From positions 744,001 through 808,000 of the forward strand of contig VJWM01000044.1 in assembly GCA_010909165.1 (NCBI GenBank): DNA of 64,000 nucleotides. The letters are read 5' to 3'. Made by a program: the position numbers and the translations under genes. The notes under the pieces are model-generated. The model was not told where the DNA came from, did not search any database, and saw only the letters and a program-made list of their open reading frames with translations. This document shows, in pieces, positions 13,801 through 25,500 of this stretch (position 1 is the stretch's first letter; the number at the start of each line of letters is the position of its first letter). Source of the DNA: Anthoceros angustus. Its lineage: Eukaryota > Plantae > Anthocerotophyta.

Positions 13801-14569
13801 GTCGAGTACCTCCCCCTCCCCTCGCCGCGCTGCCTTCGTCAACGTAGCTGAACTGAGGCGCCTGGCTCGTGTCCAACGACGTGTCTTGAATTCTGTCTGC
13901 AAACCGCCCGGGAGTCTGATAGAACGGGGACGGATTCTCGGAATCGTCCGCCCTTCCTTTAGCCAAAGGGATTGTACCGGAGATGGCCTCTGCCTCTCCC
14001 GAGTCCGCTACCTCATCCACGTGCTCCGCGCTCACGGGAATATTTCCTGCATTCACGCGACAAACTTAGAGGCGGTGCGATGCCAGAGGCGGTGCGATCC
14101 GAGTTCAGGATGAAGACGAAGTAGAATTTGGAGACGGAGACGGAGACGGAGACGGTACCAGGATCCTCGTCCGCAGGCGAGCCGGTCTCTACTCCTCCTT
14201 GCTGATCGTCAGATTGATTCAAGTCCGTTTGGCTCCGAGACCTGTCTCGCAGCACACAGAAGCGAGAAACGCAGAAAAAGCCTTGAGCTAATTGACATCC
14301 ACGATGCAGCAGTCAGCAGAGCAGTCTCACACACGCAGAACTGGCCTGAGGCAATGATTCCAGCAAGGTCCTGAGGACAATCTCGTCTTCCAACAAAATT
14401 GGCATGCAAATGGACACACAGAGATGCGATTCACCGCTTCTGCAAAGAGGTGCAAGAACGAGAGGCGGCGCCAACATGCATTGGATGCAATTGCAGTCGG
14501 GTGAGGAGCAGACCTATCGTTGTGTGGAGCGGCGGTGGAGAGGGGCTGCCTGGGATCCCAAAAGTGCAT
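10885..14569 (-). CDS. JAG: JAGGED/NUBBIN-like single C2H2 zinc-finger transcription factor (multi-exon; start codon uncertain)
   Basis: Exon 13167-13045 YACRFCSQSFDKSQALGGHMNRHRQ splices in phase to the exon starting at 12953 (ERERE QLDNAQKLV), the JAG-type finger plus following helix. An N-terminal exon carries TDLNQSDD (degenerate DLN/EAR-like). Phase-consistent GT-AG exons at ~14569-14514, ~14241-14159, 14046-13327, ~12735-12070, ~11685-11276, ~11156-10885. Confidence 0.75.
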
Positions 14570-15643
14570 AGTAGTTCTGGCGATTCCGGTGAAGGAGTCG
14601 GCTAGCTGGTTATCCAGATCCGAATTCGTTTGCGAGTCCGCCTGGCTTCCGACATAGCTGTCCCCCGTCACCGCGCCCTGGCCCGTCTCCACTGTCACTG
14701 ACTGCGACGGCCCTGTGCGGAGACGACTTCCTGTCTAGGCTCTAGGCGTTCACACGCAACTCACTTCACTGCTTCACTCGGGGTGGCCGTACGGTCCAGA
14801 TGCCCCAGTTGCAGAAACTCAGTCTGCTGGCCTTCCCGGCATAATGAACTCCCGGCACAGCATCGGCCCAACTGCGGATCTGCACTGCGTGTTTGTCCGG
14901 ACTGACCTCCACTGAAACACACAAATAATGATGGTTGCAGAAGTACTGGCTCGAGACGCCACAAATTAGGAAACTTCTTAATCGAGTTGCACGCGCTTTT
15001 AGAAACCATTGCGATCGAATGGCACTTTCGTTTCGAATGCGCGAAACTGCCCGAAACTCCATCGCTTGGTATTTCGGACAAGGAGCTTCCCATGAAGCAA
15101 CGCAAATCGCGATTCCCGATCCTTTCCCCATTCGAATTCGAACGTGGCAGAACGGGAGCCAAGCCCGACACCCGACACCCGACACCCGAGCCCAAACCCT
15201 AAGCCATTTCCAAACACCACACTGGGAAACACTTGAACACCAACACTCCCAGCTAACACCTGCACCTGCTCCTCCGTTTGAATTCAAACGTAGCCTGATG
15301 AACACTCTGCCATTTCCGAACACCAGACCAGACCAGACCAGGGAACGCTTGGAAACAAGAGGGAGCGTTTTCACGCACCACGAGCAAGGGGCCCTCCCAG
15401 GCAGATGACACGCAAGTGAAGTATGTACAGTGATAACGAACAGTGCAGCTCATGGGGCAAAACACAATCATGGCCCGATGCTGAACTAGGAGAACCAAGA
15501 GAGAGTACATAACTAGTAGTACCTACCACCTCCGTCTATGAGCTCCGTGCATATTCTAGGGCATGTTTCTCCTTAGCTCAATTCAGGAGAAAAGCAGCAT
15601 CCGCCCTGCTATACGTCTGCAACCAATCGAATTGCTCAGCCCG

Positions 15644-16270
15644 CTACACATTGGAGGCTGCAGCCAGGGTTTGTGCAGTAGCGCTGTAGCGGACAGCGAG
15701 CTCGCCATACACGCCCTTGTCATCATCACCCTGCAAAAAGCTGTTCCTGGCATTCACCGTGAGCATGACAACTACAAGCCAGAAGAGGGTGGCATCCAGG
15801 GCCAGGAAGGCCGCTGCTCCGAACAGGCCCGGCTTTGCTGTAGGGCAGGATGAGACCGAGTCATTCACAGCATGAAACTTCCGACGCGCGGCTTCAGCTA
15901 CCGTGGCCCATAGTAGCAGGCCCGCTGCCGTCAGGGACAGGGCAAAGGAAAGCACAGAGAAAAACACTAGGCTTTTGCTCTTCAGCAGAGCGCGGACGGG
16001 AACAGACTTCTGGTCGTAAGGATACACCAACGCCACCAGCGAAATGATCAGGGACACCACCAGAAAAACCAGGCCCGCCGTGCCTAAAGCCGGGCTGCTG
16101 TCCTTAGGATAAGAGCAAAATTGAAGGTTTCCAATCACCACCGGCGCAAGAGCAACCTCTGTCGGCTTGGCATTCTCCGCTATCACTCCAAGAATGAAAG
16201 CCGTTACTCCAGAGACCAAGATAGCGTTACTCAAAATCAGAACATCGGAGAACCGCTTCTTCTCCGCCAT
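15644..16270 (-). CDS. DUF1218 family 4-TM membrane protein, intronless
   Basis: MAEKK..AFILGVIAENAKP..CSYPKDSSPALG..CPTAKPGLFGAAAFLALDATLFWLV are typical plant DUF1218 motifs. Confidence 0.9.
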   Translation of the reverse strand: MAEKKRFSDVLILSNAILVSGVTAFILGVIAENAKPTEVALAPVVIGNLQFCSYPKDSSPALGTAGLVFLVVSLIISLVALVYPYDQKSVPVRALLKSKSLVFFSVLSFALSLTAAGLLLWATVAEAARRKFHAVNDSVSSCPTAKPGLFGAAAFLALDATLFWLVVVMLTVNARNSFLQGDDDKGVYGELAVRYSATAQTLAAASNV

Positions 16271-16737
16271 CGCAACTGCTCCTCCCGCTCCTCCTATACC
16301 TTCCCCTCTCCCGCTGCGTCCCCCTCCTCCGCCTGAAGCGATGAAACCCCTGCTCACAGCAAGGCGAAGCCACCGAAAGAGATGTGATCGTCGGGTCTTC
16401 CGCCTGCTGTCCGGATCGTCGGTCTCGGGTCAAGCGGTCAAGCAAGGAAGCCGCAACAGGACAAGACAGCCGGCTTCCGTGTTCACACTGCTCCCGATAA
16501 AATTGAACCCAAAGACAGTACCTGTGTGAAACGGGATCCTTTTTATGCGGCATGGCTGCAGCGTATACATATGTTTAGATTAGGTAGCCAGATGCATTGA
16601 TTCGTTTCGCTAAATGGAATATGCATTGATAAAGCCAGATATATAAAGTACGGTTTGGAGAAAATTAGAATCGCTCGATCCTTTTAGAACCGCTCGATCC
16701 TTTCCGACATGATCCTGATGCTAAAAGCAATTCAGGC

Positions 16738-19700
16738 TTAGACTAGTACATAAACCAGATCCGCTCTGTTCAAAATCGTCTCCTTCGGAGGGTTGGTGAA
16801 GACGTAGGGGTTAGGGGCACCCAGATTGCCAGCAGCTCGATATAGGCCGAGTGCAAGCATGCCTCGGTCACACAACAAGTCCAAGAACAGGTCAGAGTAC
16901 ATTCGGTCGGCATACTGGGGGGGAACAGGAATTTGCTCAAGCACTCTCAGACGCTCCGAGCTCACGCCATCTGCGTCCTCCACAAACCCACCCTCTACAA
17001 GCTGGTCGGCAATGGACCCCGTGTGCTTGTTATAGAAGGAGGATCTCCTGCAGAGCGGCAGTTTCACCAACAAGTGAGACGATGAAGGTTAGTCAACTGT
17101 GCGTCTGCACAAGTGAAAAAGTGGTAGACGAAGTATGAGAGACTCACAGCAAGAAGCCCAGCAAGCTGGAAGACGCCACTTTCCCTGCCATGTACGGAGG
17201 TGTAAAGTGTACAAGCGCATCTCTGTTCCGCCTGTAGTCCTCGTTGGATACCATGGACCGGGGCATGACAAATTGTGGCTTGAGGTAATAGAAACCTAGG
17301 GTGTGTTGCATCTCCACTGTTACCTGCTCGACTTTGCTCTTCATCAACCTTTCAATATTGGCAAGGATGATGATGTTATTCACATCGCTGGTGTAGACTG
17401 CAAGTCGTTTTCTTTTCAGCTGGTTTTCGTTCTCGTCCGATTCTTTGTCATCGGACATGGACCCTTGATCAGCCAGCACCACCACCTTCTCTGCAAGACA
17501 AAGTTCGTATCAATCCCCTGTCGTGCGCATCCTACTGTTCGCTAAGACAGGGTGGAATACGGCAAGCTAGATCGGCAAAAGCTAGCTGTGGGACTGTACC
17601 TGCTTGCAAGACGCCACCTCGCATCAGATCCAACTCGTGTATGGGCGATCCCCTTACAAAATACACTTCGTCGAACACCCCTACTGATCCCCACTGAGTT
17701 GCTGTTGGTTGTCCCGCGTACATGATGACCACAGGAGGGTTGGGAAATCCGGGCTTGCGGAGTTCAGCCAAGAAGTAGTAAATATTGGACGGCCAACCCC
17801 GCTGGCAGCAGACCAGAAGATGTGGGCAATCCAAGCTTACGATGGACAAAGTGTGAGCTTCCAAGTGACTCAAAATCGTATCCTTGTGCCTCTCCAGAAC
17901 AGAAGGTCGGGGCCGTCCATACTGTAGCAATGGAGGCCAGGCTAGAAGCTCCTCAGTGGCCTTTTCCAAGTTTTTCCCTTGAGGATACCGTCCATCCAAG
18001 TCATTCATGCCTCCTCGGCTGAAAGCCTGTTCCCAATCCTCATCGTCACCTGACCCGGCCCTGTCATGAACACTTGCACTGGATGACATTCCCTTCTCCA
18101 GTTTTCCCTCCTGTATCACATTGTGTATAGCAGAACGCAAATGGGTTTTCAAAGCATGATGCCCCTCAGGGCTCTGGACTCGCATAGACCATCGCACTGA
18201 TCCATTTTCATCACTGCCCATCCAGGACTCTCTAGTTAGACCAGCCACAGAGCCCCGCTCTCTCCACTTCTTACTTACTGAGCTGAACAGTTCCAGTTCT
18301 CTGTCTCTTGCAGTGCTTTTGCTCCTCTTCAGTCGCTGTGCAAGTGGATCTTGTTCGTGATCTTCGTACTTGAAATTCGAAATCATATAAGCTATACGTA
18401 GGTTCCAACAGATGCAGAGACCCACATCATCAGGTTGAATAATGTGACCCTTAGGATGCAGTAAAACCCTGCGAACGGTTCGTCCAGTTGCCTCCTCAGT
18501 GGTGGAAACATCCAATGCAAACAAAACCACATTGAAAGAAATGAAAACGAACTCTGCCACCTGCAAGTACGAAACAATCGGCATAACACTTCAGCGGTCA
18601 GTTATACAGGAGAAGTGGGTGCAAGTGGACAGCAGGAATTTCCTCACACTTGAAAGCCATCCTCACCTCCTCATACAGACGGTTGCTGAAAGCTGCAGGC
18701 AGTATCACAGGATAAAACTCGTTATCATAACTATGGAAGTACTCTGACATAAAATGCCCGTCTGGAAACTTCTTCAGCCTGAGCTCAGAAGTAAATGCGT
18801 TGACAATAAAAGTGTACAAACCTCTGACGAAGCAACTGCAACCAGTCCAGGATGCCAAGCATTACTTGCTGTGTAGGCACATTGTGGCTAGTAAAGCCAA
18901 AGATAGGAAACGAGAAAGGTGATGATGTCACATCCTTACTTGCGGGCTAACATTTTGTAATGAAGTTTCGCTGGACAGATGACTTCAATGCCACCTGTCT
19001 GTGTCTCATCCCACACAGCACTAGCTTGTGTCTCTGGTTCGATGACCTCTAGAATGATTCGCACTTGCCCAGCGCAGAAACGGTGCACTGCAAGTGCCCT
19101 GACAATTTGGGCAGCATCCTCTTCGGCTGGATCCTAACGAAGACATTTCCCATCAGACCAGTGGCTGCAATGCATATTGCGCATTGCACAAGGGCATACA
19201 CAGAATCTGAAAGAATCACACTACAAACGACAGTCAAAACTGTAGGGAGGCACCATACTTCAGTTTGCCGATCTGCCAATAGGAAGAAAGCCGATGCCTT
19301 ACTTGCCCTGACACGCTCAAGGTCGGACTCGATTACTGGAGAACCTTCAATGAATGTTACTAGGCCATGATACAGTGACAAGATCTGCTTGAGATCGAAT
19401 CTGGAACAGACAAAACACTGCATCTTTGAAAATGCAAGCAACCAGCTGCTGCTGTGTCAAAGAACCCAAGCTCGCACTGCCTCACTGGATACGGTACCAA
19501 AGCAATGATCCTTACGATGGGCTAAACGGCGCCAAGATAACAACACGGATGGGATATGAATCCAGATCTGAGATACATAGAATCAGCTGATGCGTCATCC
19601 ACCAAGCCAGTGAATGTAACCATCACAGTTGGAGAAAAATTGGCAGGATGGTTGGAGGATACCCTCAGAATGTGTGCAGTTGTAGATCTCTGCCAGAAAC

Positions 19701-21654
19701 TCCTCAATAACCCTAAATGATATGCTCCCACTTATTATCAGAAATTGAGAGTCCAACAAGCCGCCAAATGCACCACCAAAGGGTCTACATGAAGGCAAAA
19801 CCACACCACATGTGAGTTACAAGGGCATTCTCAGTTGAGATGGAGAAACCTGATTGACACATGCATAATGTTGAAGTAAAAAGAACTTGGAAATTCAACC
19901 TCCTTGATGCTAGAGATGTGATCTTCCCAATTTGAATAGGGAGGATGACAAGCGCCACCAAGATGGTCATCACAGCAATAAATTGACCAATTTGTGTTTT
20001 GGGAGTGACATCTCCATAGCCAACAGTTGAAATCTGTCCATGAAAGTCATTCTCCACTGATTACTGCATGACATAGAGCCACAACTATACTTCAGGGAAA
20101 CATGGATGCACGCAGCAGCCAAATCAAAAGGTGCTTTACAACCCAAGAAAGAACTTGACATAGAAGTACATCACATTGCTAGCGATGTCCCACAAAGTCC
20201 ACCTAACTACGATGCACTCACCGTGACAATGAGAAAGTAGAAAGCATTCCAGAAGTCCATACACCCTCTGGGTGGGCATTCGTCCTTGCGTCCATTATAT
20301 TCCACCCACTGTAGAAGACCAGCATCCAGAAAGACTGCACGGAGAATAGAATAGGTATCATCACACAGAGGTAACAGTAACAACAAAGAACAGTGAAAGT
20401 GCTTTCACAGTATGGCTGAGGGGGATTTCACAATTGAAAGCATCAACTAGCCAACTATATTTTCAAACAAATAGCTAATATCACCACTACTTACTCACTC
20501 CAAACGTAGAAACCGTCAAAAGAACGATTTGCTGAGCCACTGAACTTCCAACTATTCCAAGATTGGCTACCAACGAGAAAATTCTGCACACGGTGCACCA
20601 TGCAACCGATAGAGAAAAGAGGTTGAGCCAATCGCTGTGGAAATCAAGTGTCAAAATGATATGAAATCGCTTTGCTTAAAGTCATACCTTACAATTCGAA
20701 GAAATTGCAACAAACGGATGACACTACCACCCGCATTCAACTGCAGCTGGTCCCTAGCAAATCAGTTCGAAGGCTCAGTCTTCATTCCTACTCAATCCAC
20801 TGTCATACGATCCTTCAAAATTCAACTCTCAAGGATTACCTTATGACAAAAATAACCGGTAGTGCACTCAGTAAGTCGATAAGTCCTTTCGTTGACACAA
20901 CATAGGATAATCGCACTGGCTCACTGCAACACATTACAGTAGATATGAGCAGAGGTACAAGATCTTTGCTCAGATTTCCCGCTAGGTATTAAAGCCAAAC
21001 AGCACACATTCCTGCACCACGCGCACCTGTAAACTCGAAGAACGTAGTCTACAACAAATGCGACACTTGCAAAGCTCTGGCATGTCGTCACCCACTTGAT
21101 CCTGACATTGGGATTGTACCTGTGAGGAGCCCATGCGATTGCAATCAGTGATCTGGCACACCCGCCTGCTGTCATCTGTCCATGGACCCTAGGAACCACA
21201 CATCTCAACGAAGGGAAGAAGTGCTCGAGCAGACGTACGTAGAGTACACATACAGAACTCCTGACAGCACAGCGAGAATAAACTCCACCTGCAGCCACAA
21301 AAATGCAGCAGTCAAGCCACAGACTCTGACGGCCGCAAACCTGCATCACGGAATCCCACAACAACCAAAACTCACCATGTGCCACACGTAGCCGACCACG
21401 CCGGTACGCAGCGCCGTTCTCACCCGGACAGTGAGAGGAATTTTTCCATACAGGAAGGAGTCGTGGTATGTGGACAGCACATTGAAACTGGCATCAATGC
21501 GTTTCAGCTTGAGCTTGGTGGCGAGTGCGAAGACGGAGAGGGCCAGATTCTTCGCGGAGCCCACCAGGCCAATTGCATACGGCTGCTCCCTTGCATTCTG
21601 AGTAGCGAGCCCCGTTTCCGACTTGGCGGAGGACTCGGCCTCGCTGGGATCCAT
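16738..21654 (-). CDS. Slo/BK-like voltage-gated K+ channel with RCK domains (multi-exon; start uncertain)
   Basis: S3 IDLLSALP; S4 RLLQFLRIVR; pore helix FWNAFYFLIVT + ISTVGYGDVTPKT (~20034-19995); RCK1 FIEGSPVIESDLERVRASKASAFFLLADR; RCK2 FVRGSPIHELDLMRGG; PYMAG; C-terminal YVFTNPPKETILNRADLVYVLV, characteristic of the Slo family. Confidence 0.9.
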
Positions 21655-22538
21655 GCTCCGGTGCCGGGAGGCGCTCCTGCACGAATGAGGCTCAAGCAAT
21701 CCTCGTCTCCGAATGCCGAGACGTGGAGGAGACGCGGTTCATGGCAGGCTGAATACAAACTTGCTCACCTCCCGCGCTCACCAGCAGGCAGAGCTCCCTC
21801 CAGCTGTCCTGGGGATCAGGGGCGCATCTTCGTTCTCATCGGCTCCGGCCGGGTCCATCCACGGGCGGATGGGATCAAGGTGGCCCTCGCTGTGCACGGC
21901 TTGTGGCAGCCCCGGTCAGCCGCGACCACGTGCCCTGCACACGTCCCGGCGGGGAGGAGCTTGCATTCGCAGGTGCCCAGGCGGGAACAGGGTGAAAGCG
22001 GGCCTGGCACGAGGCCGCCATTCCGCCAAGGGCACGTGGGACGGACGTCACCTGGCTCTTCCCGTGCTGTGCCAAACTCCGGCAGGAAGGAGGAGGAAGA
22101 AGGAAGACGAACGAAGAACGCAAGGCAAAACGCAAAACGCGAAACGGCCAGGGTGAAAGAGAGGAATGAAAAGACGGAGTAGAAGGAAGAGAAATCGGCT
22201 TGATTCGACAAAGTGGCATCACAAAATACAGCCGGGTTGCCGGATCTTACAGACCAAACAATGGGTGGTCTCCAAATACCTTACAATGTGATTGAGAGTG
22301 CGCTCTTGGGAGCGCACTGAAGAATCACGGAAGAATGAACCGCAATAATCTAACACACAAGGAAAGACGCTCTTCTCCGGTTCATCCCAGAGCCAGAGGG
22401 GGAGCAAAAATACTGGTCCTGGACAGGAGGATGCTGCAGCAGATCAAAGAGGGCACCAGGGGGAAAATTGGGTCTGAGGAGTGCCTGTTTGGTGGGTGCA
22501 GACTTCCTGGGTGGGAGGCGGGCAGGCGCTGGCAGGAG

Positions 22539-25500
22539 CTATCTGCCCTCGCGGAGGTCCTCCGAGATGACTGTCGTCCTGGAGAGGTTGTCGTGCTCCG
22601 GGCCTGCAAGACCAGAATAGGGTCCAGAGGAGAAGATGGAGGAGGATGCATCTGACTCGAATGCTTGGGAGCCCTTGCCGAAGTTCCAATTGGGGACGAA
22701 GGCCCTGTTGGAGACGCTGGCCGACGACTCAGACGGGCCCTCTCCTTCCCCGCTGAGACCAGAGTCGGAGGTGACGTGCTGGACGATTTTGAGTGATTGG
22801 ACTACTTCTCCCATGGTGGGCCTCTGGCCTGCCTCAGGGGCCACACAGGCTGCTGCTATGGCCGCAACCTTCTCGAAGTCCTCTTTCGGGTACACGCCCT
22901 TCAGCTTGGGGTCGGCCAGCTCTACATATCTATCTGAGTCTTTGAGGAATGGACGGGCCTGCCAAGTTGCCAAACCACACACACAGCATGACTCATGGGT
23001 TGCTTCCAAGGGACAGAAGTAAGGAAAGTCCAAGGGATTGGCTGGGCTTTAGTCACTCACCCACGTGACAAGATTTTCTTGTCCTGCAGGCTGCGACATG
23101 TCCACTGGCTTCCTGCCGGACAACAGCTCAAGCAACACCACACCGTAACTGTACACGTCGCTCTTCACCAGCAGATGGCCTGTCATTGCATATTCAGGGG
23201 CCACATATCTGCAACACCAGAAAGGTTTTCCTTTAGAGAGATTGATATGGTACCATCACCAAATACTGCAGACAACATACATGCAGCTTCGTGGCATACT
23301 GCAAAAAACAGACGATTTCCTTACCCGAAGGTACCCATCACCCGAGTAGACACGTAATTACTCTGCCCCTCGGGTGCTTGCTTTGCCAAACCAAAATCGG
23401 CCACCTTCGCATTGAAGTTATTTTCCAGGAGGATATTCGATCCCTTGAAGTCTCGGTGAATAACACAAGGCTGGCAGTCCTCATGTAGATAAGCTAATCC
23501 TCGGGCAGCTCCTATTGCAACCTTCATCCTTTTCTCCCAATCCAACGGACCTAGACTCTCCCCCAATGGGCCTGTATTACATACAGCATGCATTCGTCAG
23601 GTATGAGCCAGGATCTTGCTTGTGTAGTACGATATATGGCAGCTAGAAAATTTGCCTTACCGTGAAGCCAGTTTTCAAGGCTTCCGTTGGGAACCAGCTC
23701 GTAGCACAGGAGCTGCTGCATAGAGTCACGGCTGATGAAGTAGCCCACCAGCTTGACAAGATTACGGTGATGAAGTCTGCTGAGCATTTCGACTTCGACA
23801 AGGAACTCCCGATCGCCCTGGTGCCCACCGCCTGTCAGCTTCTTGATTGCCACTGCTGTACCATCTCTCAGAATGCCTTTGTACACCCGACCAAAACCAC
23901 CCTCCCCGAGCACACTTGCAAGCTCGAAGTTGTTGGTTGCCTCTTTCAGCTCGTCGTAGCTGAAAACTCTTGTTCTTGAGGGTTGTGGAAGAGACCCATC
24001 CCCGGAGACCATCTCCCTCGCACTTGAAGTAAAAGATGGAAGAACTGGACATGCACACCAGCGAAAAATGCACCACAAGATCAGACTCTCTAACAGATCC
24101 CACACCATTCTGTACCTGGTAGACAAGACAGGGCATACTTTTGCTGGTGTTGTCATCCACTGACTCGTTGTCTTTACGCCTGAGACATCTCCAGGTGACG
24201 AATGACAGAATAAAGAGAACAAGCAAGCCACCAACTGCAATCGCCACAATGAGCCCAATGTTGGTGCTTTTATTGGTGACCGGTGGTTTTGGCCCTGGAG
24301 ACATGACAGAATCTCAGAACCGTCTTCAATCCCAAACCCAGGAGAGAGACAAGCAAGACAACAAAAGAGAGGAGTGGCAGCACTCACCCGTGTTATGCAG
24401 ATTGGTGAAAAACTCTACTTCAACGCTTTGAAGAACAGAGGGATTCCTCGTCAAGTTGTGCACAGTTGAGCTGAATTGGGCTTCTTCAACATCCGAGAAG
24501 AATCCCTTGTCCACTGGGTAGATATTAAGAGACACGTTTGCTTTGGAAACAACAGCATTCGAGGTCACCTGCTGTATGGAGGCAGAAGAGGAGTAGGGAA
24601 CGTAGCCAAATGAAAAAAGCTGGCTAACGTCCACGGCTAGCTGAGTTGCCATGTCCGGCCGCAATCCCAGCGTCCCCCAGGTGTCTGCACTGTAGTCAGA
24701 CGACTTTGTAGAATTCGAGAAAGTGAGTGTGAACTCCACATGGATGGGGTAGATGCATCCACAAGAGCCCGACAGTTGCCTGTAGCCCAGGGTGGTGCAC
24801 CCGCACTTGTCTGCGAGGCGAACAGCGAGATTTAAAGTGTCAGGAGCCGAGCAATTCAGCCAGCCAGAAGCACAAGCAGCTGCACGCCGTACTGCTGGAA
24901 ACATACCTGTACTGGGAGGCAGGGCAGCCGGTGGTGGGGCAAGCGTGGTCGGAGGTGGTGGTGGAGGAAATTTGACTGGAGGGGGCGGAGGGGACTGGAC
25001 AGGAGGAGGCCCAGCAGGAGGAATAACAGGCGGTGCTGCAGTTGGCGGAAGGGCTGGGGGTGTTGGTGGCAGCTCGGGCGGGGGAGATGTCAGAGGCGGT
25101 TGTGTGCTGGGAGGGACGGTGGGCGAAGGTGGTGGCGGAGCGAGTGGGGGAGTGGGAGGAGTTGCAGGTAATGGCGGGGTTGCTGGTGGAGGAGAGACCT
25201 CTGACGGCGGTACAGCAGGAGGTGGCTGTTCCGGAGGAGAGGGCTGTGGAGGGGTGGCGGCAGGTGGCTGTGCCGAAGGTGGAGACAGTGAAGGGGAGAT
25301 GAGGGAGGTGGAGTTGGAGGCCGGGATGCTGGAGGCGGCCGACCAGCTCGTGGTGGTGGGGCGGGAGGACGTGCCGACGGAGGTGGGGAGGAAACTGGAG
25401 GAGAGGAAGGTGGTGCTGCATTAGGTGCAGTGGGTACAGAAGGTGGAGGAGCAGTGGGTACAGTTGGAGGAGGTGCAGTGGGTACAGAGGGAGGAGGTGC

